From assembly GCA_031416685.1 (NCBI GenBank), contig JANOUF010000321.1, positions 1 to 37,348 of the forward strand: a stretch of 37,348 nucleotides of DNA. Direction: 5' to 3'. Below are positions 9,348 through 18,281 of this stretch, piece after piece. The stretch comes from Bdellovibrionales bacterium. Its GTDB lineage: Bacteria; Bdellovibrionota; Bdellovibrionia; Bdellovibrionales; JAMPXM01. The notes below the pieces were generated by a model that had not been told where the DNA came from, made no database searches, and saw only the letters and a program-made list of their open reading frames with translations. The stretch's first letter is position 1. Each line of letters opens with the position of its first letter. A program made the position numbers and the translations under genes.

Positions 9348-10352
9348 TTAGGTAGTCGGAACGATCCCAAGCTTGGCAAGGTAAGCTTCGCCCGGCTGGG
9401 ACACTTGAAGCTGCAAAGCAGCTTCGCGCTCTTGGCTAGCAAGTAACGTCGACAAATAACGCTCGGTAATACTTGGAATCACAACGACGATTAACTTTCC
9501 TTTATTCTCAGGCTTCGCTGCTTGGCGAAGACCCGCTACCACAGCTGCGCCGCTGCTGATTCCGACTGGAATTCCTTCTTCCTTGATGACCCGTTTTGCC
9601 ATCGCAAGAGATTCCTCGCTTGTCACTTTTTCAATGCCATCGATTAGTTTTGTCTCGAGATTTTTAGGAATAAAGCCAGCGCCGATTCCTTGAATCTTGT
9701 GAGGACCTGGTTTTTCGCCAGAAATTACAGCAGACTCAACTGGCTCTACTGCAATCATCTTCACGGAAGATTTTTTCTCTTTTAAAACTTGGCCTACGCC
9801 GGTGAGTGTTCCACCAGTACCTACACCACACACGACGATGTCGACTTTTCCATCTGTATCGGCCCAGATTTCTTGTGCGGTTGTGTTGCGATGTATTTCT
9901 GGGTTTGCTGGATTGTCGAACTGGGATGGCAAGAAAACGTTGGGATCTTTTTCAGCGAGTTCCATCGTTTTTGCAATGGCACCTTTCATTCCGAGCGGAC
10001 CAGGAGTGAGAACAAGATCTGCTCCGAGCAAAAGTAAAAGTGTGCGTCGCTCAACCGACATTGTCTCTGGCATCACAAGCGTGATTGGGTAACCTCGCGA
10101 AGCACAGATGAAAGCGAGTGCGATTCCGGTATTTCCACTTGTGGGTTCGAGAACGCGCATTCCCTTTTTTAGTTTTCCAGCACGCTCTGCGGATTCAATC
10201 ATCGCAAGACCGATTCGATCTTTGACTGAGCTTAGTGGATTGAAAAATTCCAATTTTAAAACAATCTCAGCTGGCAGATCGCGACCGAGGCGCTGCATGC
10301 GAACAAGTGGCGTGCGACCGATAGTTTGTGCAATATTGTCGTAGATTTTCAT
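9348..10352 (-). CDS. cysK: Cysteine synthase A
   Basis: [16 protein letters not shown] (PLP lysine), [15 protein letters not shown] and [13 protein letters not shown]. Confidence 0.96.
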   Translation of the reverse strand: MKIYDNIAQTIGRTPLVRMQRLGRDLPAEIVLKLEFFNPLSSVKDRIGLAMIESAERAGKLKKGMRVLEPTSGNTGIALAFICASRGYPITLVMPETMSVERRTLLLLLGADLVLTPGPLGMKGAIAKTMELAEKDPNVFLPSQFDNPANPEIHRNTTAQEIWADTDGKVDIVVCGVGTGGTLTGVGQVLKEKKSSVKMIAVEPVESAVISGEKPGPHKIQGIGAGFIPKNLETKLIDGIEKVTSEESLAMAKRVIKEEGIPVGISSGAAVVAGLRQAAKPENKGKLIVVVIPSITERYLSTLLASQEREAALQLQVSQPGEAYLAKLGIVPTT

Positions 10353-10537
10353 GACTTAATCCTCCGGGACTTTGGGCTAGACAAGAGTTGCGCACTAGAT
10401 ACTTTCGGGTCAACTGATGACGCTTGTCTCTCGGCTTCAACTTTAGTCTAGAGAAAGGATCAGGGTTTGATTTATGAATTAAACGATAAAGGTATGTTTT
10501 CCCTCTAGAATTCGACTGTTTTTCCCGATGAAGAAGC

Positions 10538-12619
10538 ATGTCTGATTTTGTACTTCGAACATTGATGGCGGCGATCATTTCCATTCTTGGAGTTGTCGGC
10601 ACACAAATGTGGAGCAAGTCGAACCAAGTTCGAATCGCACCTGTCGATGCAAAACCTGTTGCCGAGATCAAACTCATTTTGAACGAAGTGCAGCGTCGTC
10701 CTGCGAATCGCTTAATTTGGCAACACGTCTATCCGGGCCAGGAACTTTACGCGGGTGAGGCCGTTCGTACCGCGGGTGATGCTGAAGTTGAAATCGAATT
10801 CCGTGAGCAGAAAGTAACCGTTCGACTAGATCCTTACTCGGTTATTGAAATTCAAGAAGGTTCGGATGGTCTGAATTTAGATTTCTTAAAAGGTAATGTG
10901 TTCATTGCGTCTGCGACCGATGCTCCGAATATCACAATGAGTTCTGGCGATCAGAAGTTAGCGATTGGTCAGAGCGAATTCCAAATGAGTAAGCAGAAGG
11001 CTACTGACGAAGTGTCAGTGAATGTTTTTAAAGGCAAGCCAAAAGTGGTTTCACAGAATGGTCAGACAAGCGCACTTCCAGATCTTAAGAAGTTGCGGAT
11101 ATTAAGTCCGCGACCGGGTGACGTCGCTTATGTAAAACCAGAGTCTGAAGAAACAGTGGTGTTTGAGTGGGAAGCGATTGATTCTGCTTACCAAGTTTAT
11201 CTTGAAGTCGGAAAGACGACTGAGAATCTGAAAGAAGTTTCATTGGCGACGGCTGCGGGTTCTGCTGGGCGAGTCAATGCAAAGCTTAATATCGGAAAAG
11301 GATATTACCGCTTAGTTGCAAGGAGCTCGCGTGGTGAGCTGAAGGAACTTAAAAGTTCTCCTACTCGCTACGAAGTCCGCGCGAAGGTTCCTCCTGTGCT
11401 TTTAGCTCCAGCAATTAATGCAATGGTGCAACCAGACCAGAGTGAGAGCCTTTCGTTTCAATGGTCAAATCCTGGCGACCTTGAGCAAATGCTTATCGAA
11501 GTTTCTTCGACTAAGGATATGAAACAGCGAATTCATTCTGAAGAGGTCGGACGCAATGTCGTCATAAAAGTTCCTGCATTTTCAAACTCAGGTCCGCTTT
11601 TTTGGCGCGTGAGTGGACAAATTCCAGGTGCGAAGACAGTTGTGTCGAGCGCGATTCAACAGTTTTTCTTACGCAACAGAGGAAAGAATCCGATGTTGCC
11701 GCCTGTGCTGAAAGCTCCTGTGAGCCAGTACACAGTCAATTTTGAGGAGATGCGCAATCAAGGCGTGACGCTGAACTGGATTCCAATTGCTGAAGCAAAG
11801 CTCTATACATTCTCGCTTTTGAAACTTGGTGGAGAAAAAGTTGCACAGCAAGATCAAGAAACGAAAGTTCCTGATCTAACGATTCGTGATTTGAAGCCAG
11901 GTATTTATCAGTGGTTTGTGACTGCGACCGATGAGTTTGGTGAGGCGACTGCTCCGTCTGAGAAATGGACATTTAGCATCGAGGGAGTTCCCACTCTAAC
12001 TTGGTCTGATGGACTTACGAACGCAAAGACGACTTACAAAGCTTTGAAGCCGCTTGCGCGGTTGAGCTGGCAGCGTGGTCCTGCAAATGCAAAGAGTTGG
12101 CGTGTGCGTATGTCGTCTACTCGCGAGCCGGCAAGTGATGGCGGTGGTTGGTACAATGTAAATGCACCGCAATTTGAGGCGAGACCTGAGACTGACGGCA
12201 CATATTATTTCGAGGCCGAAGCGTTGGATGAAAACGGTGTGGTCGTTGGTAAAACTGCGTTGCGTTCGCAAGAGTTCGTGCAATCTGCGGCTCCGGTTGC
12301 GCCTGAATTTACGGATGAGACTCCAGATCAAATCGAAGCTCGCGATGACGGATCGCTCGATATCGCATGGAAACCGGTCGCCGAAGCACGAGAGTATACT
12401 GTCTTGTTAAAAGCAGAAGACGGCACGACAGTTAAAACCGCAAAGACAACTTCCACTCGCGGCTCATTTAGCAAACTCAAACCCGGTCGTTTCTCAATCT
12501 CCCTTCAAGCAACCGACTCAATCGGCCGCTCCAGCGCCGAATCGCCGGCCCGCCCTCTCTCCGTCCCCGAATACTCCGACGTCCAAGCCCCCACCCTCCG
12601 CTCCATCAACGTAAAATAA
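10538..12619 (+). CDS. FecR-domain protein with multiple Fn3/Ig-like domains
   Basis: N-terminal anchor, the FecR-like stretch VQRR..W...LYAGEAVRT...VRLDPYSVIEI, and repeated 'F.W / Y.W.V.A' Fn3-like units. Confidence 0.8.
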   Translation: MSDFVLRTLMAAIISILGVVGTQMWSKSNQVRIAPVDAKPVAEIKLILNEVQRRPANRLIWQHVYPGQELYAGEAVRTAGDAEVEIEFREQKVTVRLDPYSVIEIQEGSDGLNLDFLKGNVFIASATDAPNITMSSGDQKLAIGQSEFQMSKQKATDEVSVNVFKGKPKVVSQNGQTSALPDLKKLRILSPRPGDVAYVKPESEETVVFEWEAIDSAYQVYLEVGKTTENLKEVSLATAAGSAGRVNAKLNIGKGYYRLVARSSRGELKELKSSPTRYEVRAKVPPVLLAPAINAMVQPDQSESLSFQWSNPGDLEQMLIEVSSTKDMKQRIHSEEVGRNVVIKVPAFSNSGPLFWRVSGQIPGAKTVVSSAIQQFFLRNRGKNPMLPPVLKAPVSQYTVNFEEMRNQGVTLNWIPIAEAKLYTFSLLKLGGEKVAQQDQETKVPDLTIRDLKPGIYQWFVTATDEFGEATAPSEKWTFSIEGVPTLTWSDGLTNAKTTYKALKPLARLSWQRGPANAKSWRVRMSSTREPASDGGGWYNVNAPQFEARPETDGTYYFEAEALDENGVVVGKTALRSQEFVQSAAPVAPEFTDETPDQIEARDDGSLDIAWKPVAEAREYTVLLKAEDGTTVKTAKTTSTRGSFSKLKPGRFSISLQATDSIGRSSAESPARPLSVPEYSDVQAPTLRSINVK

Positions 12620-12620
12620 A

Positions 12621-12644
12621 GGCGCCAGGCTCCATTTGGTAGCG
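12621..12644 (+). repeat. REP-like repeat copy 1
   Basis: GGCGCCAGGCTCCATTTGGTAGCG, 21/24 identical to the copy at 13375. It starts 1 nt after the FecR gene stop codon. Confidence 0.8.
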
Positions 12645-12660
12645 CACTAGCATTAAATTT

Positions 12661-13299
12661 CTAGAACAACTCGAGTTCCAGTTCGTTTTTTTTGCGAGTT
12701 ACTCGGTCAATTGGTAGGGAAAACTCTGCCTTCCCGAGAGCGTTCTTAATATCAACCACATGTTTGTCTTTCGGCTTTGTATTGAGCCATTTCAGCGTAC
12801 AGCCAATGTCTGGAAACAAAATCGTATCGTCCACAACTGGAATAAGGAGGAGTCGACGTCCCAGTAGTCCATGCAGTGTGGAAAACGGATAGTCTTCAAC
12901 GTTATCCGACATGCCAGCAGCCACCGGATTGCGGAAAAGGTATTTGTAAGCGTTTTGAAAATTGTGATGGTTTCGAATTAACGTTTTATGATGGCGTGTA
13001 CCGAAAGTTTGGTTAATCCGTCCAGATCGCTTGGTAATTTCTCTACTTACCATCCCCAACAAATATTCCATCGCACATGAAATATTTGCGTCCGGGGTCG
13101 AGAGCAAAAGGTGGAAATGGTTGTCCATGAGGACGAATGCATGAATCCGGAGGTTGAAAAGTTTCGTACAGAAATAAAGTCTATCTTCAAAAATTGACCA
13201 CACTTCTTCGGTCGGCAATCGAAACCAATCACGATTCAAGCAACGTCCAGTTATAAAATACGGATAGTCAGAACTTAAGATTACTTTTCTTCGCGGCAT
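12661..13299 (-). CDS. REP-associated tyrosine transposase (RAYT, HUH/Y1 IS200-like family)
   Basis: N-terminal MPRR..YFITGR, HUH motif AFVLMDNHFHLL, catalytic-Tyr motif YLFRNPVAAGM and YPFST. It is flanked by palindromic repeats. Confidence 0.9.
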   Translation of the reverse strand: MPRRKVILSSDYPYFITGRCLNRDWFRLPTEEVWSIFEDRLYFCTKLFNLRIHAFVLMDNHFHLLLSTPDANISCAMEYLLGMVSREITKRSGRINQTFGTRHHKTLIRNHHNFQNAYKYLFRNPVAAGMSDNVEDYPFSTLHGLLGRRLLLIPVVDDTILFPDIGCTLKWLNTKPKDKHVVDIKNALGKAEFSLPIDRVTRKKNELELELF

Positions 13300-13374
13300 G
13301 TTTCATCACAAGTGCAATAGTTCTGCTTCCACCGGCTCCAATAGATTACAAATGCACGCACGTTTGGTCCGACC

Positions 13375-13428
13375 GGCGCAAGGCTCCAATTGGTGGCGAA
13401 CTGCCGCCACCATTTGGTGCCTGGCGCC
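13375..13428. repeat. Inverted REP doublet (REPIN-like hairpin)
   Basis: GGCGCAAGGCTCCAATTGGTGGCG-aactgc-CGCCACCATTTGGTGCCTGGCGCC; the arms are 21/24 complementary. Confidence 0.85.
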
Positions 13429-13470
13429 TAAGGGAAGGGGCTTAATAGATAACGTGGAGCTTCCGATTTA

Positions 13471-13483
13471 GGAGCCTGACACC
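13471..13483 (-). repeat. REP core copy 4
   Basis: The minus strand reads GGTGTCAGGCTCC, 2 nt after the cyclase stop codon. Confidence 0.65.
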
Positions 13484-13485
13484 CG

Positions 13486-15426
13486 TTATGCGGAGATTTT
13501 GATTTTGTCGGCGGATTCGGAGGTGTAGTCGGAGTAGGGAGTGCTGACTTCGACCGGGTTGCCGGCGGCGTCGAAGTATCCGCGGACTTTGAGGAGTTTG
13601 ATTGCGTCGGCTTTGCCTTTTACTTCGGCGGCGCCGGCGTCTTCGGTGATGAAGCGTTCTGCGACTGCGCGAGCCGTTGCTTCACTCAATAAAATGTCCG
13701 CGCCAAAAGCTTTCGTTGAAGCTTCGATTCGCGATGCCATGTTCACAGTGTCACCGATGACCGTGTACTCCATGCGCTCGGTTGAACCAATGGTCCCCGA
13801 AATAGCTTCGCCAGAATGTACACCCATTCCAATTTTGATCGGCTCTTGCCCACGCGCAACTCTCAAATCATTTAACTTCGCAAGTGCAACACGCATTTCT
13901 AAACAAGCTTTCACCGCATACATCGGATCAGCACCCGTCGTTTGCGGCGCGCCCCACACTGCCATAATTGCGTCACCAACGAACTTATCCACAACACCGT
14001 GGTTCGCGGTGATAATACCAACCATCACTTGGAAATACTCGTTGAGCATTTCAACAACTTCTTCTGGCGTATGGCCTTCGCTGAATTTTGTAAATCCGCG
14101 AATATCACTAAAGAAGACCGTCACTTCTTTGCGGCTACCACCCAAGCTAACGTTACCTTTTAATAAGTCCTCAGTAATCGATGACCCATGGAACTTACTG
14201 AACATAGTTTTAACTTTGTCGCGCTCTTTCAGTCCCTCAACCATTGAGTTGAAAGCAATTGCAAGATCCGCAATCTCATCAAAACTGTTCACCTTAGCTT
14301 TAATATCAAAGTTACCCCGGCCGATACCTTCTGCAGCTTCGTTTAACTGCTCAATCGAAGTTGTAATCGTTAATGAAAACACCACGACCATGAAAAACGC
14401 CGCAGATAAAACATAGCCGGCAATAGTAAACGCTTCGACTCTCATTGTACGCGCAGGCTCTAAAATAAATTTCTCAGGAGCCTGTGCGATAACACTCGGA
14501 CCAAACGCAGTCTTACAGTAAGCACCAACAAACCATTCGTTGCTCTCTGGCTCAAGGTAACGTGTCTTCTGACCACGGCTACTCAAGCTCGTTGCCCGCA
14601 TGGCTTCGTCAACAATTGGCGACTTCGCAAGATTTTTGCCCTCAAGCACCAAACGATCATCGGCATGAGCGAGCAACTGACCATTCGAATCCACCAAAAA
14701 CAAAACGCGGACTCCCGAATGGGAAAATGCCTTTTGCAAACGATCCAATCGAATATCGGCAATCGCAATATGCTTTACCACGCCATTTTGATCTGGAAAT
14801 GGAACACCAATCGAGAACAATGGCACTCCACGCGGTAACGATGAGTTCTGAATATGAATTTTTTCTTTTTGAGCGAAGATCGATGAAACTGGAACAGGAA
14901 CCTCGCGCCTCAACCGATCTACGTAACTAGTATTAAGATCCTGCTCTTTAAAAAACTCTTCATTGGTTTTGCGTAAGTAAAGTTCGATCTTGCCTTTGTT
15001 ATAGTGATAGATCTCGACGTTAACAAGATCGAGATCTTTCGCGAGCATAAGATCCAACGACTCAACATCGGAGCCGCCGTCGTCTTTCAAAATAAAATTA
15101 GTCGCAGTACGAACCTTCTCGACGTAACCAAGCAACAACCCGTTCGTCTCAGTGGCTTTTGAGAACGCAAGCTCCGCGTTCGCGTCCTGTTGGCTTTTAC
15201 GAAACGTTTCTTCGAACATTTCTGAGCTCTTAATCGCAAGCGGAACGACCACCGCGGCAATCACCGCAGCAGTAGCTAAGACGAGCTTCACTAGAATGGG
15301 AATTCGGATCTTTGAAACCACATTACTAAATCGGAATAATCGAGACGAAAAATGATAATTCTCCTGTTGTTTTGCGTGCGATCTCGACCGAAGTCGGGCC
15401 AGTTTTAGCCTAGTCTGCCGTTTCAT
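13486..15426 (-). CDS. Membrane class III adenylate/guanylate cyclase with periplasmic Cache-like and HAMP domains (true start may be about 35 codons downstream)
   Basis: FFSDIRGFT, VVDKFVGDAIMA, EYTVIGDTVNMASRIE and VKGK (an adenylate-type specificity pattern), HAMP DEIADLAIAFNSM, and two TM helices. Confidence 0.93.
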   Translation of the reverse strand: MKRQTRLKLARLRSRSHAKQQENYHFSSRLFRFSNVVSKIRIPILVKLVLATAAVIAAVVVPLAIKSSEMFEETFRKSQQDANAELAFSKATETNGLLLGYVEKVRTATNFILKDDGGSDVESLDLMLAKDLDLVNVEIYHYNKGKIELYLRKTNEEFFKEQDLNTSYVDRLRREVPVPVSSIFAQKEKIHIQNSSLPRGVPLFSIGVPFPDQNGVVKHIAIADIRLDRLQKAFSHSGVRVLFLVDSNGQLLAHADDRLVLEGKNLAKSPIVDEAMRATSLSSRGQKTRYLEPESNEWFVGAYCKTAFGPSVIAQAPEKFILEPARTMRVEAFTIAGYVLSAAFFMVVVFSLTITTSIEQLNEAAEGIGRGNFDIKAKVNSFDEIADLAIAFNSMVEGLKERDKVKTMFSKFHGSSITEDLLKGNVSLGGSRKEVTVFFSDIRGFTKFSEGHTPEEVVEMLNEYFQVMVGIITANHGVVDKFVGDAIMAVWGAPQTTGADPMYAVKACLEMRVALAKLNDLRVARGQEPIKIGMGVHSGEAISGTIGSTERMEYTVIGDTVNMASRIEASTKAFGADILLSEATARAVAERFITEDAGAAEVKGKADAIKLLKVRGYFDAAGNPVEVSTPYSDYTSESADKIKISA

Positions 15427-15520
15427 ACGGGGACTCGGTTTGTTACCCTTTTAGAGGGTAGCTGCAATTCATATAACTACCCATAATGACCCGGTAAAAT
15501 GCCGGTGTGCATTTCAAAGG

Positions 15521-16462
15521 ATGGAACCAATGGCTCGTTCACGGCTCGCAGTTTTTGCGGTCTTAGCCTCGCTTTTATTTTGCAGCATCGAATTGCGCGC
15601 ACAAGACACAACGACTCCGGTGACACCGGCGACAAAAGAAGACGCGACTACGAAGTCAGAGCCTGTTCGTAAAAAACGTAGACGGCCTGTTGCCGACAAA
15701 GCGACTGAAACAAAAGAAGCAACTCCATCATCAACAGTCGACAATAACTCTGCGATCAACAAAGCAACTGAAGAGCGCGAGAAAAGTGGGAATCCCATCG
15801 CGGAGATCATGGAGAAACTTGATTACCCAGAGCTGCAAGTCGTTCCGCGTGCAAGCGAGCGACTTAAGATCGAGGCCGAAGAGGAACGAAGCTCCTGGTA
15901 TTGGACTCACTGGCAAATCGAAGTATCTGGTCTCTCAACTCTCTGGGCAGCGTCGACTCTGACTACTCGTCCCGACCTTAACACCAACGAACAGTCAGAT
16001 GCCGAAAGCATTTTGCAGGCAGGACAAGTTCTCGGCGCAGGCTGGCTCATTGCTGGCGCCGCACTTGGTTTTCAACGTCCCTATCGCTCGGGCGTAAACG
16101 CGATTGCGAAATATCCAGGCCGAGACACTCGCTCAGCAATCATGCGAGAACGCTTGGCCGAAGAAGCGTTAGAGAAGCCTGCACGCCTCATGGGGCCTAT
16201 CAAAACTGCAGCGATCATTTCAAACCTTGCGATTAACATCGGCATGGGAATCTATGCGACAGATGAAGGCCGCATCACTGCGGGTATCGCTGCACTTCTC
16301 GCCTTTTTGCCAGCGATGTACCCTGATCACAATATTCGCATTTACGAAAAACATCTCGAATACAAAACAAAGATCTATGGGCCGCTGAGCTCGATCGTTC
16401 CGCGTTACGATTACAACTCGAAGACTTATTCGCCACTTGCGAGTCTCACATGGAGATTCTAA
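15521..16462 (+). CDS. Hypothetical exported/membrane protein
   Basis: Signal peptide, several hydrophobic helices and a C-terminal ...ASLTWRF. Confidence 0.75.
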   Translation: MEPMARSRLAVFAVLASLLFCSIELRAQDTTTPVTPATKEDATTKSEPVRKKRRRPVADKATETKEATPSSTVDNNSAINKATEEREKSGNPIAEIMEKLDYPELQVVPRASERLKIEAEEERSSWYWTHWQIEVSGLSTLWAASTLTTRPDLNTNEQSDAESILQAGQVLGAGWLIAGAALGFQRPYRSGVNAIAKYPGRDTRSAIMRERLAEEALEKPARLMGPIKTAAIISNLAINIGMGIYATDEGRITAGIAALLAFLPAMYPDHNIRIYEKHLEYKTKIYGPLSSIVPRYDYNSKTYSPLASLTWRF

Positions 16463-17334
16463 ATCGGTTTGCGATTTGCATTTCGTTCGTTCTTGCGGGC
16501 TTGACTGCTTTTGCCGGCCCGTACGATGCCGCTCCGAATGCTTACTTGCTGCGAGCTGAAGCTGAGAAAAAACTCTGCAACTCAACCGAAGAATTTGTCA
16601 AAGCACTTAAGTTCCTCCGCGATTCGCCAGAATTTAAATTTCACGAAGACGAAGCTCGAGGTATCGCACTCAAAGTTTCCGCAGGATGTTCGGGAGCAGC
16701 AGAGCGATTCGCACAGATCCTTGTCTTAATCCGCACAACTGGATTCTCTGAGAAGAAATCGCTTGAGATGGCTCTTCAATTTGCGGCATCAAATGAAGAT
16801 GTTCAGCGAAACTTCCTCGAGATCTTCAGCAAGTCTTTCCTAAAAGAATTCTTCGACTACGAATCAACGAAAGCGCTTAACGTAGCCTACGAACTCTCCC
16901 GCGACTATAAAGGCGAACCCGGCCGCGCACGAGAAGACTACATTGCACTCGCAAAATTCTGTAAAGGTAACGACAAGCTCGGGCTTCCGATGGCGTTTTG
17001 TTCCGAGTATGTTATCCAAGTCGTCAAGCTGAGCCAGTTTTACCAAGAGGGAATCGTCCAACCGTTTATGGATCTCTACCAGAAACTTAGAGGCGAAAAG
17101 CAGTACGGCCTCGACATGAAAATCTCTCTTGAAGTTGCTTACAATATTTTGAAGTCAGGCCCAAGATCGCCAGAGAATTTCCACAAGGCCTTTGCTTTTG
17201 CGACAGAAGACTTGCGACTCGATAAAAAGAAATCTCTTGAGTTTGCACTCTTGCTAGCAGACCGCTCGTTTATCGGCGGAAAACAGCCGCCGCTTCTTCA
17301 GTTCCCTTCTGATTCATCGACTGTCGTACCATGA
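16450..17334 (+). CDS. Hypothetical secreted alpha-helical repeat protein
   Basis: Signal peptide (..LTAFA) and a recurring 'KSLE.AL/AY' helical pattern. It overlaps both neighbouring genes. Confidence 0.75.
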   Translation: MEILNRFAICISFVLAGLTAFAGPYDAAPNAYLLRAEAEKKLCNSTEEFVKALKFLRDSPEFKFHEDEARGIALKVSAGCSGAAERFAQILVLIRTTGFSEKKSLEMALQFAASNEDVQRNFLEIFSKSFLKEFFDYESTKALNVAYELSRDYKGEPGRAREDYIALAKFCKGNDKLGLPMAFCSEYVIQVVKLSQFYQEGIVQPFMDLYQKLRGEKQYGLDMKISLEVAYNILKSGPRSPENFHKAFAFATEDLRLDKKKSLEFALLLADRSFIGGKQPPLLQFPSDSSTVVP

Positions 17335-18281
17335 CCAGAGCCATGACCAGAAGTCTCCTGATCTTGCTTTTCTGCTTACCCTTCTTTGCGAGCGCGCAAC
17401 TTCCGCCGCCGCAAGCAACAGTTGAGCTTGATTGGGAACCGATCGAGAATGCGCAAGCCTACGAGGTTAAGCTTGAACCTAAAGATGGTAGCGAGACGAT
17501 CCTGATCAAGGCGACCGAGAATAAAATCAGCCAACGCGTGCCGGTTGGCGAGTATAGCGTGCGCATTCGTTCCCAAGACAAAAAATCAGGCTACTTCGGA
17601 AAGTGGAGTCCTGCGATTAGCATCGAGGTTAGCTCTAAGGTTATCAAGCTCATCACGCCCGAAGACAACGCTATCCTATCCGATTTTCCAGGTGAAGAAG
17701 GTGAAATTGAATTTCGCTGGGAAGGAAACGCGGATGCTCGGCAGTACACCATTAAAATTTGGTCCGACAACGAGGCGGAAGCGCAAGAAATTCCAGTTAG
17801 CGATACCGTCTATAAACTCAAACTTCCACTCGGCCGCATTTATCATTGGAACGTTACATTCGAAACGACTCGCGCAATTAAATATCAGGCCGATCCAATG
17901 ACGTATTCGTTTTCTCTTTTAGGTAAAAGACTTTTGCGTCCTGAGATTGATCCAATAATCCAGACGACAAAAGACGGCACAACAATCAAATGGACAGAGT
18001 CGCCAGAAGCCGCTGGGTACAAAGCTCAAGTGAGCTTTCGCTATTTAGATGAAACTGAGTACAAGTCTCTCGCAGAAGAGTCCGTGACAACGACGACTTG
18101 GAATACGCAACGATTCAAACCTGGCGCTTACAAGATCGAAGTCACTGCGACTGCCTCACTACGAATGAATTCTGAAACCGCGATCTACGAATACGTGCAA
18201 AAGCCGACAGAACAAGAGCTCAACAAAGCGCTCGAGCCGGCCCTTCGTGTCGGAGCAAAGCCAACATCTCAAAAAAAATAA
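17331..18281 (+). CDS. Secreted Fn3-like multi-domain protein
   Basis: Signal peptide, three units of the form 'W....A..Y.V' / 'G.Y...V', and an ATGA overlap with the upstream gene. Confidence 0.75.
   Translation: MTRAMTRSLLILLFCLPFFASAQLPPPQATVELDWEPIENAQAYEVKLEPKDGSETILIKATENKISQRVPVGEYSVRIRSQDKKSGYFGKWSPAISIEVSSKVIKLITPEDNAILSDFPGEEGEIEFRWEGNADARQYTIKIWSDNEAEAQEIPVSDTVYKLKLPLGRIYHWNVTFETTRAIKYQADPMTYSFSLLGKRLLRPEIDPIIQTTKDGTTIKWTESPEAAGYKAQVSFRYLDETEYKSLAEESVTTTTWNTQRFKPGAYKIEVTATASLRMNSETAIYEYVQKPTEQELNKALEPALRVGAKPTSQKK

Larger units (their letters stand above)
12621..13483. mobile_element. RAYT-REP locus between convergent genes
   Basis: The Y1 transposase is bounded by inward-facing GGYGYCAGGCTCC cores at 12621 and 13483, with an internal inverted REP doublet. 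Confidence 0.7.

Noticed and set aside
13313-13328. Sigma54-like site upstream of the RAYT (AAGCAGAACTATTGCA on the minus strand)
   Set aside because: The -12 element is good, but the invariant -24 GG is AG.
13541-14416. 291-aa plus-strand ORF antisense to the cyclase
   Set aside because: It is a codon-aligned shadow of a conserved gene and has no recognisable motifs or RBS.
10500-15400. G-to-C skew switch read as a replication terminus
   Set aside because: The G-rich zone looks local, has inverted inner tips tied to the REP cores, and I saw no dif-like site. A genome-wide cumulative skew would be needed to exclude it fully.
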